From positions 112,991 to 176,990 of the forward strand of contig DASPLI010000001.1 of NCBI GenBank assembly GCA_035627655.1: a DNA stretch of 64,000 nucleotides, in the 5' to 3' direction. The notes below the pieces were generated by a model. It was given only the letters and a program-made list of their open reading frames with translations. It had not been told where the DNA came from and ran no database searches. A program made the position numbers and the translations under genes. This stretch comes from Minisyncoccota bacterium. Lineage in GTDB: Bacteria > Patescibacteriota > Minisyncoccia > Phycocordibacterales > Phycocordibacteraceae. Numbering within the stretch: position 1 is the first letter of the stretch; each line of letters begins with the position of its first letter. Shown here piece after piece: positions 56,806-64,000 of this stretch.

Positions 56806-57356
56806 GGTGCAAGTACTCCCGTTAGCGTAATCGTAAACGGAATATCCGATTCCGCTGCATATACCGAGAGTGGAAGGTTGGCGGAGGATACGAACGAGAG
56901 ATTGTTGAGTGCCGTGTGATAGCGGCGTAATGCCTCCCGAGAAGCGGCAATGCCGGTAATCGTCATTGCAGACTCGCCGCTTGGGCTTGGAGAAACGGAG
57001 AAGCCGGTGAGGCGCACGCCCTCGTGCGGGAGTGCAAGGAAATCGCGTACGACGGGCGTTGTTTTTGGCTGTGCAAGCAGCGCGGAGAGCTCCCCCGCCT
57101 TCCTGGCAAGCTCGTTCGCACGCTCGCTCACCGGCCGCTCATTGGCCGCGCCAGGAAGCAGTGTGAGATCTGCAAGATGCTTTTGGCGTGTCGCTACCTC
57201 TTCCGAAAGATAAAAGTACGACGGGAGCAATAAAATACCGTGCAGGACCACCACCACAAATACAACGCTCGCAGCAACGGTAATCAGACGAAGCATATAC
57301 TCGCGATTGAGGTCGCGCAGACGATTGGCCGGTAAGAGATTGGTGAGGTTAGGCAT
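56802..57356 (-). CDS. pilN: Type IV pilus assembly protein PilN-like
   Basis: Start at MPNLTNLLPANRLRDLNREYMLRLITVAASVVFVVVVLHGILLLPSYFYL (cytoplasmic tail plus one TM, as in PilN). It overlaps pilM by 8 nt. The ORF-track N-terminal extension is rejected. Confidence 0.5.
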   Translation of the reverse strand: MPNLTNLLPANRLRDLNREYMLRLITVAASVVFVVVVLHGILLLPSYFYLSEEVATRQKHLADLTLLPGAANERPVSERANELARKAGELSALLAQPKTTPVVRDFLALPHEGVRLTGFSVSPSPSGESAMTITGIAASREALRRYHTALNNLSFVSSANLPLSVYAAESDIPFTITLTGVLAP

Positions 57357-58422
57357 AGTCTCGTAGGGCAAGTCCGATCGCCGTTCCGTACGCAAGAGAC
57401 GCCGTGTACTCAAGCGGTGGCAGCCAAACCTCGCGTGGGGCGAAATTGGTGAACACGTCTCCAAGCGCAACAGGAACCTTGAGCGATGCTTCAAGATACT
57501 CCGGAAGTCCGAGCACTGTTGCGTTACCACCGACCAGGAGCACGCGCGAAACCGGTTCATGGGTCGCGTTTGCGCGCGACTGCCAATACTCAAGACGCTT
57601 CATGATTTCGTCTCGAATGACCGATACCGTCGAGAGCATGGCAGCCAAGTATTCTTCGTTTCCGCTTCCGGGCGCAATTCCCTTCTCCGCTTTAACTCGC
57701 TTGGCTTCTTCCTCCGAAACGCCGAAATGTTTCTGGACGGCAAGCGTAAGTGCGTGACCGCCGATATCCAACGTTGTAACAAATCGCGGAAGGCGCGCCG
57801 TTGCTATCAAAAGCTTGGTGGTTGTTTTCCCAATATCAATAATGAGTACCGTTTCGTCCGTGCGTACTGGAAGGAGTGCTCGCGGAAGCGCGAACGTTTC
57901 GCTCTCAAGCGCACGAACCCGTACGCGCGCTTCGTCAAACACCGCGAGTGTTTCTTCAACGACGCGCCTGGCATATCCAACGCCTACCAGCTGTGTTCCC
58001 TGCTCGCCTTTGCGCACCGGAGCAACCGTAAACTCTACGTCTTGAGACGGAAGTGGAACGTATTCTTCAAGATGCTGCTCGACGGCGATCTTCTGCGCCC
58101 CTGGCTCGTCTGCTTGCACCACCGCTTCAAACAAATAGCCGCGCGCTTCTGGAAGTGCTACGTTTGCAAAGCGGACCTTATGTTTTTTCATCAAATCCTT
58201 GAGCGTGCTTGCAACAGCGCCCGGATCGCGAAGCTCCCCGCCGACAACCGCTCCGGTCGGAAGCGCAACTTCGTCAAATGCCGACAACTCAAGGCCGTGT
58301 ACATGTTCGCGGATGCGGGCAAGTTTAATACCGCTCGTGGAGATATCGATGCCTGCTGACGGCATCGATAGATAGTCTGGCGGCGCAAGTTCGACCCGAA
58401 GAAAGCGCGAAAGAGCCTGCAT
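57349..58422 (-). CDS. pilM: Type IV pilus assembly ATPase-fold protein PilM
   Basis: 357 aa, actin/FtsA-like. ...SAGIDISTSGIKLARI... and ...TTLDIGGHALTLAV... Confidence 0.75.
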   Translation of the reverse strand: MQALSRFLRVELAPPDYLSMPSAGIDISTSGIKLARIREHVHGLELSAFDEVALPTGAVVGGELRDPGAVASTLKDLMKKHKVRFANVALPEARGYLFEAVVQADEPGAQKIAVEQHLEEYVPLPSQDVEFTVAPVRKGEQGTQLVGVGYARRVVEETLAVFDEARVRVRALESETFALPRALLPVRTDETVLIIDIGKTTTKLLIATARLPRFVTTLDIGGHALTLAVQKHFGVSEEEAKRVKAEKGIAPGSGNEEYLAAMLSTVSVIRDEIMKRLEYWQSRANATHEPVSRVLLVGGNATVLGLPEYLEASLKVPVALGDVFTNFAPREVWLPPLEYTASLAYGTAIGLALRDYA

Positions 58423-58442
58423 GCTCTTTAGTATACCAGTGC

Positions 58443-58769
58443 TTAGTGCGCGCTTGTGCCGGGAGGAACGGGGCGATCGGGTGTTAGAAATGCGAACGTG
58501 TCTCCAGAGCCAACGGCAAACAGCATGCCGTTTGATTCAATGCCTTTGATGGTGCGCGGTTCAAGGTTCGCAACAAACGCAAGCTGGCGACCAACCAGTG
58601 TCGCTGGGTCGGCGACATACGCTGCGATGCCCGACACAATTTGGCGCGGAGCGTCTTCCCCAAAATCAACCATGAGCCGTAAGAGCTTGTCGGTTTCAGG
58701 AACTCGCTCGGCACTCAAGACGGTGCCGACCTTCACTTGAATCTTTCCCAGATCATCAATGGTTGCCAT
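58443..58769 (-). CDS. tRNA-binding domain protein (CsaA/Trbp111/MetRS-C-terminal-like)
   Basis: Start at MATIDDLGKIQVKVGTVLSAERVPETDKLLRLMVDFGEDAPRQIVSGIAAY... (OB-fold tRNA-binding domain signature). Confidence 0.65.
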   Translation of the reverse strand: MATIDDLGKIQVKVGTVLSAERVPETDKLLRLMVDFGEDAPRQIVSGIAAYVADPATLVGRQLAFVANLEPRTIKGIESNGMLFAVGSGDTFAFLTPDRPVPPGTSAH

Positions 58770-59154
58770 GGCGTGTAAGATAGCTCGTAAGAATAAGGGC
58801 TGCCGCGCTCGCGTCAACATCTTTCATGGCGCCACGCTCACCGTCAAACCCGCGACCCGCCTCCTGTGTGGTAAACACTTCTGGTTCGAAGTGAACCGGA
58901 AGACCCGTTTCCACTTGTAGCTTTTCGGCAAACACCTTTGCCTCTTTTGCAACTGGATTCTCTTCCCCGGCAAGATTGCGGGATTCCCCCACCACCACCG
59001 CCTCCACGTCGTTGGCACGTATGAGCGAAACTATGTTGGCAAGCAGCTGATCGTCGTTTTTGAGCGTACTGTGCGGGAAGCCCATCTGACCTCCTTCGTC
59101 AGATACTGCCACTCCCACTTTTTTCGTCCCGAAGTCGATTCCGAGGTGTCGCAT
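58756..59154 (-). CDS. ruvX: Holliday-junction resolvase-like RNase YqgF/RuvX
   Basis: Start at MRHLGIDFGTKKVGVAVSDEGGQMGFPHSTL... Classic RuvX N-terminus. Confidence 0.8.
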   Translation of the reverse strand: MRHLGIDFGTKKVGVAVSDEGGQMGFPHSTLKNDDQLLANIVSLIRANDVEAVVVGESRNLAGEENPVAKEAKVFAEKLQVETGLPVHFEPEVFTTQEAGRGFDGERGAMKDVDASAAALILTSYLTRHGNH

Positions 59155-59181
59155 ACACCAATCGTAGCAGAAAAGGCCGTT

Positions 59182-59526
59182 ATGGTATTCTGCTTGCGTA
59201 TGTGGAATCCATTTGTGGGCGACCCGATCGTTGGTCCGCTCTTGCATTCAGTCGGCCTGGGCATTCTCTTCCCTGTCTTCTGGATTGTGCTCTTGGTCTG
59301 GACCTTCGCTTCGAAGGCGCTTGGGCTCTGGTATGCTGCGCGAAACTGTCAGCGTGTATGGTTCGTCGTATTCATGCTTGTGCACACGATCGGCATTCTT
59401 GAGATGATCTATCTCAAGTGGTACCAGAAGGACCGCCATGACGGAAACACCCGCCTCTTCCCTTTCCTGAAGGGGTGGATGCAACGGGCGCGCGAAATGG
59501 TATCATCACGCGCGTCAGACAAATAA
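59182..59526 (+). CDS. Hypothetical membrane protein
   Basis: Start near MVFCLRMWNPFVG. Three predicted TM helices. Divergent from ruvX. Confidence 0.35.
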   Translation: MVFCLRMWNPFVGDPIVGPLLHSVGLGILFPVFWIVLLVWTFASKALGLWYAARNCQRVWFVVFMLVHTIGILEMIYLKWYQKDRHDGNTRLFPFLKGWMQRAREMVSSRASDK

Positions 59527-59530
59527 ACAC

Positions 59531-59615
59531 GGAGGAGTGGCAGAGTGGTCTATCGCACCTGTCTTGAAAACAGGAGTCTCGCAAGGGACCGTGAGTTCGA
59601 ATCTCACCTCCTCCG
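59531..59615 (+). tRNA. tRNA-Ser (anticodon TGA), long variable arm
   Basis: GGAGGAGTGGCAGAGTGGTCTATCGCACCTGTCTTGAAAACAGGAGTCTCGCAAGGGACCGTGAGTTCGAATCTCACCTCCTCCG. Confidence 0.85.
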
Positions 59616-59656
59616 CTAAATGCAAAACTGCTCGCTAACAATCTGTTAGCGAGCAG
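59616..59656 (-). terminator. Intrinsic terminator overlapping the 3' end of the Zn-ribbon small gene
   Basis: Perfect 13-bp hairpin CTGCTCGCTAACA-ATC-TGTTAGCGAGCAG, followed on the minus strand by TTTTGCATTTAG. Confidence 0.6.
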
Positions 59657-59900
59657 TGAGCCGTTCCATGAGCCGCTGACTTTTTGGCTCGAAACGGGGA
59701 CTATTGATGGTTGCTGTAGTGAAGTCTGTCGCGACAAGCTTGCGTCCGAGCCTTGCTTCAAGATGCTCGACGCACAGCATGCCGTTGACGGTAGGCATCA
59801 CCTGCAACCAGAGGTCAGTGTGAACGAAGTAGTGTTCGTGGATTTTCCCGGTATCGACGCCACAATCGACACAAAGAAATTTACGGCGAGATTTTGCCAC
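59646..59900 (-). CDS. Small Cys/His-rich (putative Zn-ribbon) protein, GTG start
   Basis: 84 aa. MAKSRRKFLCVDCGVDTGKIHEHYFVHTDLW...MLCVEHLEARLGRKL. RBS GGAGGAGGG sits 2 nt before the GTG, and a near-consensus promoter lies upstream. Confidence 0.5.
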   Translation of the reverse strand: MAKSRRKFLCVDCGVDTGKIHEHYFVHTDLWLQVMPTVNGMLCVEHLEARLGRKLVATDFTTATINSPRFEPKSQRLMERLTAR

Positions 59901-59937
59901 CGCCCTCCTCCTCTGTTCCGGTGCTAACCGAATCGTG

Positions 59938-59965
59938 ATAGTACGTCGATTTTTATGTATGTCAA
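59938..59965 (-). promoter_or_regulatory. Near-consensus sigma-70 promoter for the Zn-ribbon small gene
   Basis: On the minus strand: TTGACA, 16-nt spacer, TACTAT. Confidence 0.5.
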
Positions 59966-60036
59966 TAATTACCTCATAACCGTAGCAATGGATGGCACTA
60001 CGTACACATCACTAGGTTGCGCGAGGTATTCATGAA

Positions 60037-60552
60037 TTGACCGCAAAACACCCCATCACCTGGTGGTATGATGGGCGCATGGAAGAGACGCCCGTCTTTG
60101 CATGGGAGGGCCGCGAGTACCAATTTGAAGAAAAGACTGCGGACTGGTACTGGGCACTCGGCATTATCGCGACTGCTGCCGCGATTGCCTCGGTCTTGTT
60201 TGGAAATATTCTGCTTGCGCTCGTTATTGCCGCAGCTGCTGTCTCTGTTGCGCTCGTCGCCTCTCGCGGCAGCCGCATGCATCGTTTCGCCATCTTTGAA
60301 AATGGCGTTGCGATCGACGATCATTTTTACCCGTTTGAGATCATGCTCCACTTCTCCGTGCTTGAGTATGTTGACGAAACCCTCCCTCCTTCCCTCTCCA
60401 TAAAAACCCGGCGCTTCCTTACGCCGCATTTCCTCATTCCTATCGTCGGCCATGATCCGGTCGAGATTTACGAGTTCATCTCGCAGCACCTTCCGGAAGG
60501 CAACCACCACGAGTCGCCCATGGACCGACTGGTCGAACTCTTCCGCATCTAG
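60037..60552 (+). CDS. Hypothetical membrane protein
   Basis: 171 aa (TTG start in the ORF track; the alternative ATG at 60079 gives MEETPVFAW...). Two or three TM helices. The antisense ORF 59998-60510 is rejected. Confidence 0.4.
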   Translation: MTAKHPITWWYDGRMEETPVFAWEGREYQFEEKTADWYWALGIIATAAAIASVLFGNILLALVIAAAAVSVALVASRGSRMHRFAIFENGVAIDDHFYPFEIMLHFSVLEYVDETLPPSLSIKTRRFLTPHFLIPIVGHDPVEIYEFISQHLPEGNHHESPMDRLVELFRI

Positions 60553-60591
60553 CTTGCGGTAGAGCCGTCAAAACGATAGAGTCATCAGGAC

Positions 60592-60663
60592 GCTCTCGTC
60601 GTTCAATGGATAGGACGCTAGCTTGCGGAGCTGGTAATGTAGGTTCGATTCCTACCGAGAGCA
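60592..60663 (+). tRNA. tRNA-Arg (anticodon GCG as encoded)
   Basis: GCTCTCGTCGTTCAATGGATAGGACGCTAGCTTGCGGAGCTGGTAATGTAGGTTCGATTCCTACCGAGAGCA. Anticodon loop TTGCGGA. Confidence 0.75.
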
Positions 60664-60674
60664 CACACTGATTC

Positions 60675-60746
60675 GCTTCCGTCGTTCAATGGATAGGACA
60701 TCTCCCTCCGAAGGAGAAAATGCAGGTTCGATTCCTGCCGGGAGCA
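60675..60746 (+). tRNA. tRNA-Arg (anticodon CCG)
   Basis: GCTTCCGTCGTTCAATGGATAGGACATCTCCCTCCGAAGGAGAAAATGCAGGTTCGATTCCTGCCGGGAGCA. Confidence 0.85.
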
Positions 60747-60756
60747 CCGAAGAAAA

Positions 60757-60783
60757 AAGCCGGAGTATATCCGGCTTTTTTCT
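60757..60783. terminator. Bidirectional intrinsic terminator (tRNA-Arg pair on plus; rpsT on minus)
   Basis: AAGCCGG-AGTATAT-CCGGCTT followed by TTTTTTC on plus; the rc gives hairpin plus TTTTTTCTTCGG on minus. Confidence 0.65.
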
Positions 60784-61028
60784 TACTTCTTCGCAGCAGC
60801 GAGTGCTTTAGCGAGTCGAGATTTCTTACGGGCGGCGGCGTTCTTCTTGATAATGCCGCGCTTCGCTGCCTTATCGATTGCCTGGTAGGCCTCAGAGAGT
60901 GCCTCAGGAGTCATAACCTTGCGAGCATCCTTAACAGAGGAGGTCATGGCGCGCTTGCGGCGCAGGTTGAAAACGCGCTTACGGAGGGATGCGCGGTGTG
61001 CCTTCTTTGCGGATGAAGTAATTGCCAT
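60783..61028 (-). CDS. rpsT: 30S ribosomal protein S20
   Basis: MAITSSAKKAHRASLRKRVFNLRRKRAMTSSVKDARKVM...AAKRGIIKKNAAARKKSRLAKALAAAKK. Confidence 0.85.
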   Translation of the reverse strand: MAITSSAKKAHRASLRKRVFNLRRKRAMTSSVKDARKVMTPEALSEAYQAIDKAAKRGIIKKNAAARKKSRLAKALAAAKK

Positions 61029-61115
61029 GCGCCGCATCCTACGCTACTTGGCGGCCTTTCGCAAGACGAGTACGAAAATGGGCTCCCCCACGAAGGAGGG
61101 AGCCCGAACTTCGGT

Positions 61116-61664
61116 TCAAAGTGTGGGGATCGCAACGACACTTCGATCGGGGAAATAACGCCCCGGGATCCGCCGTTTGATGACCCAATTAGAGCACCGA
61201 TAGGCGACATGCGCCCACAGCACATCATCATAGTCATCATCGACGACTTTTACGAAGAAGTCGTTTTGTTCCCCCATGGGAATCGATTTCCCACCTTCAT
61301 ACAGACGCATGATGTGGTGAATCGCTGCCCACGAGAGTGCAGCTCCTGACCAGCGGCGAGCGAGCCGTTCCCTGTGTTCCAGCAACGCTGAAGCACAGTT
61401 ATTCAGACGCGCGAGTCCGATGGTCTCCGATGGAGCCTCCTCGCGCGCGGGAATGCGCTCAAGGAAGATGGGGTCGATCTTCTCAATGATGGGTGCCCCC
61501 TTGGTTCCCTTGAACCCCTTTCTGAACACCTTCTTCGCCTGAAACTTCGGATCACCCGGAAAAGTGATGCGGAGTTCCGGCTGAGAAAATGGTGTGGTCA
61601 GAGGAACCGGGAGGAACGCATCAGAGTTTCGTTCGATCCTCAGTGCTGGTTCAGCCAATGACAT
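61116..61664 (-). CDS. Hypothetical protein
   Basis: 182 aa. RBS AAGGGGA 9 nt before the ATG. No family recognised. Confidence 0.45.
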   Translation of the reverse strand: MSLAEPALRIERNSDAFLPVPLTTPFSQPELRITFPGDPKFQAKKVFRKGFKGTKGAPIIEKIDPIFLERIPAREEAPSETIGLARLNNCASALLEHRERLARRWSGAALSWAAIHHIMRLYEGGKSIPMGEQNDFFVKVVDDDYDDVLWAHVAYRCSNWVIKRRIPGRYFPDRSVVAIPTL

Positions 61665-61823
61665 TGTAGTGTGTCCCCTTTTCTGACTGTTGAACCGCTA
61701 CGCCGCAGCAGGAAGGGTCCCCGGTGGGGGCGCTTTCTGCTGCGGCGAAGAATGTAAAAGTGCCGTCCTGGCACTATATCACCATGAAATAAATGAAAAC
61801 GCAATGAGTGCTAGGATAAGGGA

Positions 61824-62378
61824 ATGATTCGGCAGATCCGCGGTACCGTCCTTTCCGTTGAACCGCTCGGCGTCATTATTGACGTCTCCGGCTGGGGCGT
61901 TTTGGTCTATGTGTCGGCCCCGGACGCCTTTGCGCTCGGCGACGAGGTAACGCTTATGACCCATATGGCCGTCAAACAGGATGGCATCGAACTGTATGGA
62001 TTCGCAGATCCTGCAGATCTTCGCTTCTTTGAACTCTCCCTTTCCGTGTCTGGCGTTGGACCCAAGACCGCCCTTTCCCTGCTGCGTCGTGCGTCACGCG
62101 AAAGTCTTGAGAAAGCGATCGGTACTCGAGACGTTTCCTACCTGACGCGCGTTGTCGGACTTGGAAAGAAAGCTGCGGAAAAACTAATCGTTGAAATCAG
62201 CGAGAAGCTGTCCGTGGGAGAAGCGTCCGCTACCGGCGAAGACGCAGAAGTCTTTGATACGCTCGTTGCGCTTGGCTACACCGAGCGCGAAGCGCGCAAG
62301 GCCATTGGCGCTATTCCGGCGTCTGTTTCTGGCAAAGAAGCACGCCTTAAAGCTGCGCTGGCTTCAGGCGCCCACTAG
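61824..62378 (+). CDS. ruvA: Holliday junction branch-migration complex subunit RuvA
   Basis: 184 aa. MIRQIRGTVLSVEPLGVIIDVSGWGVLVYVS... (OB domain) and ...LSVSGVGPKTALSLL... (HhH). Confidence 0.85.
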   Translation: MIRQIRGTVLSVEPLGVIIDVSGWGVLVYVSAPDAFALGDEVTLMTHMAVKQDGIELYGFADPADLRFFELSLSVSGVGPKTALSLLRRASRESLEKAIGTRDVSYLTRVVGLGKKAAEKLIVEISEKLSVGEASATGEDAEVFDTLVALGYTEREARKAIGAIPASVSGKEARLKAALASGAH

Positions 62379-62380
62379 GT

Positions 62381-63649
62381 ATGTACAAACTTGTCAACGC
62401 GTTTGTAGTGGTTCTCAAGCGTTTTGTGCCGGAGCCGCTTGTCGCGCTTATTCGCACGCCATACCACTTCGCCCTCACGCTTCTTGCGGCAATCTCCTAC
62501 GGCTTCCCCGGCAAGTCGATGACGGTCATTGGCGTGACTGGCACCAAGGGAAAATCTACCGTTTCTGAAATGCTCTATATTGCGCTCAAGGGAGCGGGAT
62601 ACCAAACAGCAGTAGCGTCAACGATCCGCTTCGCCATCGGCGAACAGTCGGAACCAAACCTCTTTAAGATGACCATGCCCGGACGTGGCTTTATCCAGGA
62701 TTTTCTCGCTCGTGCGCGAAAAGCTGGCTGCACGCATGTAGTTATTGAAATAACGTCTGAGAGTACCCGTCAGTTCCGCCATCAATTTCTCTTTCTAAAC
62801 GCACTGGTCTTCACCAATCTTCAGAAAGAACATATTGAGTCACACGGATCGTTTGAGAACTATGCGGCAGCAAAGCTCAAGATCGGGAAAGCGCTCGCTG
62901 CCTCACCGAAGCGACCCCGCGCCATCGTCGCAAACGCAGACGACCCTAATAGCAAGCCGTTCCTTTCGCTCCCGGTAGAACAGACACTCCCCTTCTCGTA
63001 TGCGGATGCAAAAAACGTAGCGCTCAAGCCCGGCGCGGTGTCATTTACCTATAAGAATGTACCGTTTGACCTCCGACTTCCTGGAAGCTTTAGCGTTATG
63101 AACACTCTCGCGGTTATCAAAGCAGCGGAGTTTGTCGGTGCTTCGCTTGGGAAAATCTCTGACGCGCTTCGCTCGCTTGAACGCATTCCTGGAAGAACAG
63201 AGCGCATTGAGTGTGGCCAGTCGTTCCAGGCGGTCGTAGATTACGCCCACACTCCTGATTCTCTTAAAGCGCTCTATGACGCGTATCCTGGAAGGAAAAT
63301 TTGCGTCTTAGGAAACACCGGCGGTGGACGCGACACGTGGAAACGGCCAGAGATGGGACGTATTGCAGATACAGAATGCGCAGAGGTGATTCTCACGGAT
63401 GAGGATCCGTACGACGAAGACCCGCAAGCGATTGTGGACGCCATGGCAAAAGGCATGGATCGCGCACCAAAGATTATTCTTGATCGACGCGAGGCTATTC
63501 GTACTGCGCTCTCGCTCGCACAGCCAGGTGACAGCGTACTTATAACCGGCAAAGGAACAGATCCGTATATTATGCGCGCGAAGGGTATCAAAGAAGCATG
63601 GAGTGACGCAGCGGTAGTCCGGGAAGAGCTCCAGAAGCTGGTATCATAA
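62381..63649 (+). CDS. Mur-ligase-family protein (UDP-N-acetylmuramoyl-peptide ligase-like; MurE/MurT-like)
   Basis: 422 aa. ATP-binding P-loop ...VIGVTGTKGKSTVSEML... and the Mur ligase middle/C-terminal pattern (...NADDP..., ...DYAHTPDSL..., ...GNTGGGRD...). Exact substrate unknown. Confidence 0.6.
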   Translation: MYKLVNAFVVVLKRFVPEPLVALIRTPYHFALTLLAAISYGFPGKSMTVIGVTGTKGKSTVSEMLYIALKGAGYQTAVASTIRFAIGEQSEPNLFKMTMPGRGFIQDFLARARKAGCTHVVIEITSESTRQFRHQFLFLNALVFTNLQKEHIESHGSFENYAAAKLKIGKALAASPKRPRAIVANADDPNSKPFLSLPVEQTLPFSYADAKNVALKPGAVSFTYKNVPFDLRLPGSFSVMNTLAVIKAAEFVGASLGKISDALRSLERIPGRTERIECGQSFQAVVDYAHTPDSLKALYDAYPGRKICVLGNTGGGRDTWKRPEMGRIADTECAEVILTDEDPYDEDPQAIVDAMAKGMDRAPKIILDRREAIRTALSLAQPGDSVLITGKGTDPYIMRAKGIKEAWSDAAVVREELQKLVS

Positions 63650-63655
63650 ACAGCA

Positions 63656-64000
63656 ATGGCTGAAACACCTTCAGGCGGCGGCGGAACCGATCTGATGTTC
63701 TTCGTGGGGATGATGCTTCTCTTCTTTTTGGTATGGATTGCCGGAGGCGGACCTTCTCGTCCTATATCGCTCTCGGGTCCCCTCCTGACGCCGATTGCTA
63801 TTCCTGGCCCCGGCGGCGTGACGTACGGAACCACGACCCCTGGTGGTTCTGGCATTAGCGCAGGCGCAACCGTCTCCATAACCAAAGACTCGACCGGCGC
63901 AAAAAGCACTGACGCAAAGACGGAGTACCTCACTATTTATGTCTCTCCGGTTGCAGACGGACCGATATCAACTGCGGGATGGCGTCTCGTGTCGCGGCAG
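63656..64000 (+). CDS. Hypothetical Gly/Pro-rich membrane protein; the 3' end runs off the window
   Basis: ATG at 63656. MAETPSGGGGTDLMFFVGMMLLFFLVWIAGGGPSRPISLSGPLLTPIAIPGPGG... The antisense ORF 63274-63933 is rejected. Confidence 0.35.
   Translation, partial: MAETPSGGGGTDLMFFVGMMLLFFLVWIAGGGPSRPISLSGPLLTPIAIPGPGGVTYGTTTPGGSGISAGATVSITKDSTGAKSTDAKTEYLTIYVSPVADGPISTAGWRLVSRQ

Overview
This 64 kb window is a GC-rich (~57-60 %), gene-dense stretch of a bacterial chromosome made up almost entirely of housekeeping genes. It is most consistent with a Candidate Phyla Radiation (Patescibacteria/Parcubacteria-like) genome. Supporting signs: a 23S-5S rRNA unit with no adjacent 16S, an intron and a large intervening sequence in the 23S, secE-nusG-rplK with no rplA, rplJ-rplL placed elsewhere, many ATGA-overlapped small genes, a pilMNOP-like module, and a large acidic secreted protein with a peptidoglycan-binding domain.

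Content runs from a cell-envelope glycosylation group (sugar transferase, GT4, FtsW/RodA) through the 23S-5S unit and rplJ-rplL. It continues with an O-antigen-ligase/TPR membrane protein, ftsK, recA, efp, rpsF-ssb-rpsR, tatD, five aminoacyl-tRNA synthetases (MetRS, GlyRS, IleRS, ArgRS, plus a CsaA-like tRNA-binding protein) and glyA. A pyrimidine/folate cluster follows (ThyA-family, HIT, dCMP-deaminase fusion, cytidylyltransferase, folA), then secE-nusG-rplK, mscL, thpR, rplS, eight tRNA genes, ruvX, ruvA, rpsT and a Mur-ligase family gene. I found no CRISPR array, transposase or integrase.

The most unusual observations are:
- A ~195-aa histidine-phosphatase (PGAM/His_Phos_1) domain inserted cleanly inside the catalytic core of isoleucyl-tRNA synthetase.
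- A 23S rRNA carrying a ~360-nt ORF-less group I intron in the peptidyl-transferase-centre region, and a ~240-nt helix-45 intervening sequence that embeds a tRNA-like element (intact acceptor, D and T arms; degenerate anticodon arm).
- An attenuator-like leader with an intrinsic terminator ending ~22 nt upstream of the ileS start codon.
- A ~600-nt ORF-free, hairpin-rich intergenic region that I could not assign to RNase P, tmRNA or SRP RNA by eye.

All calls come from reading the sequence and recalling protein-family motifs; no database search was run.
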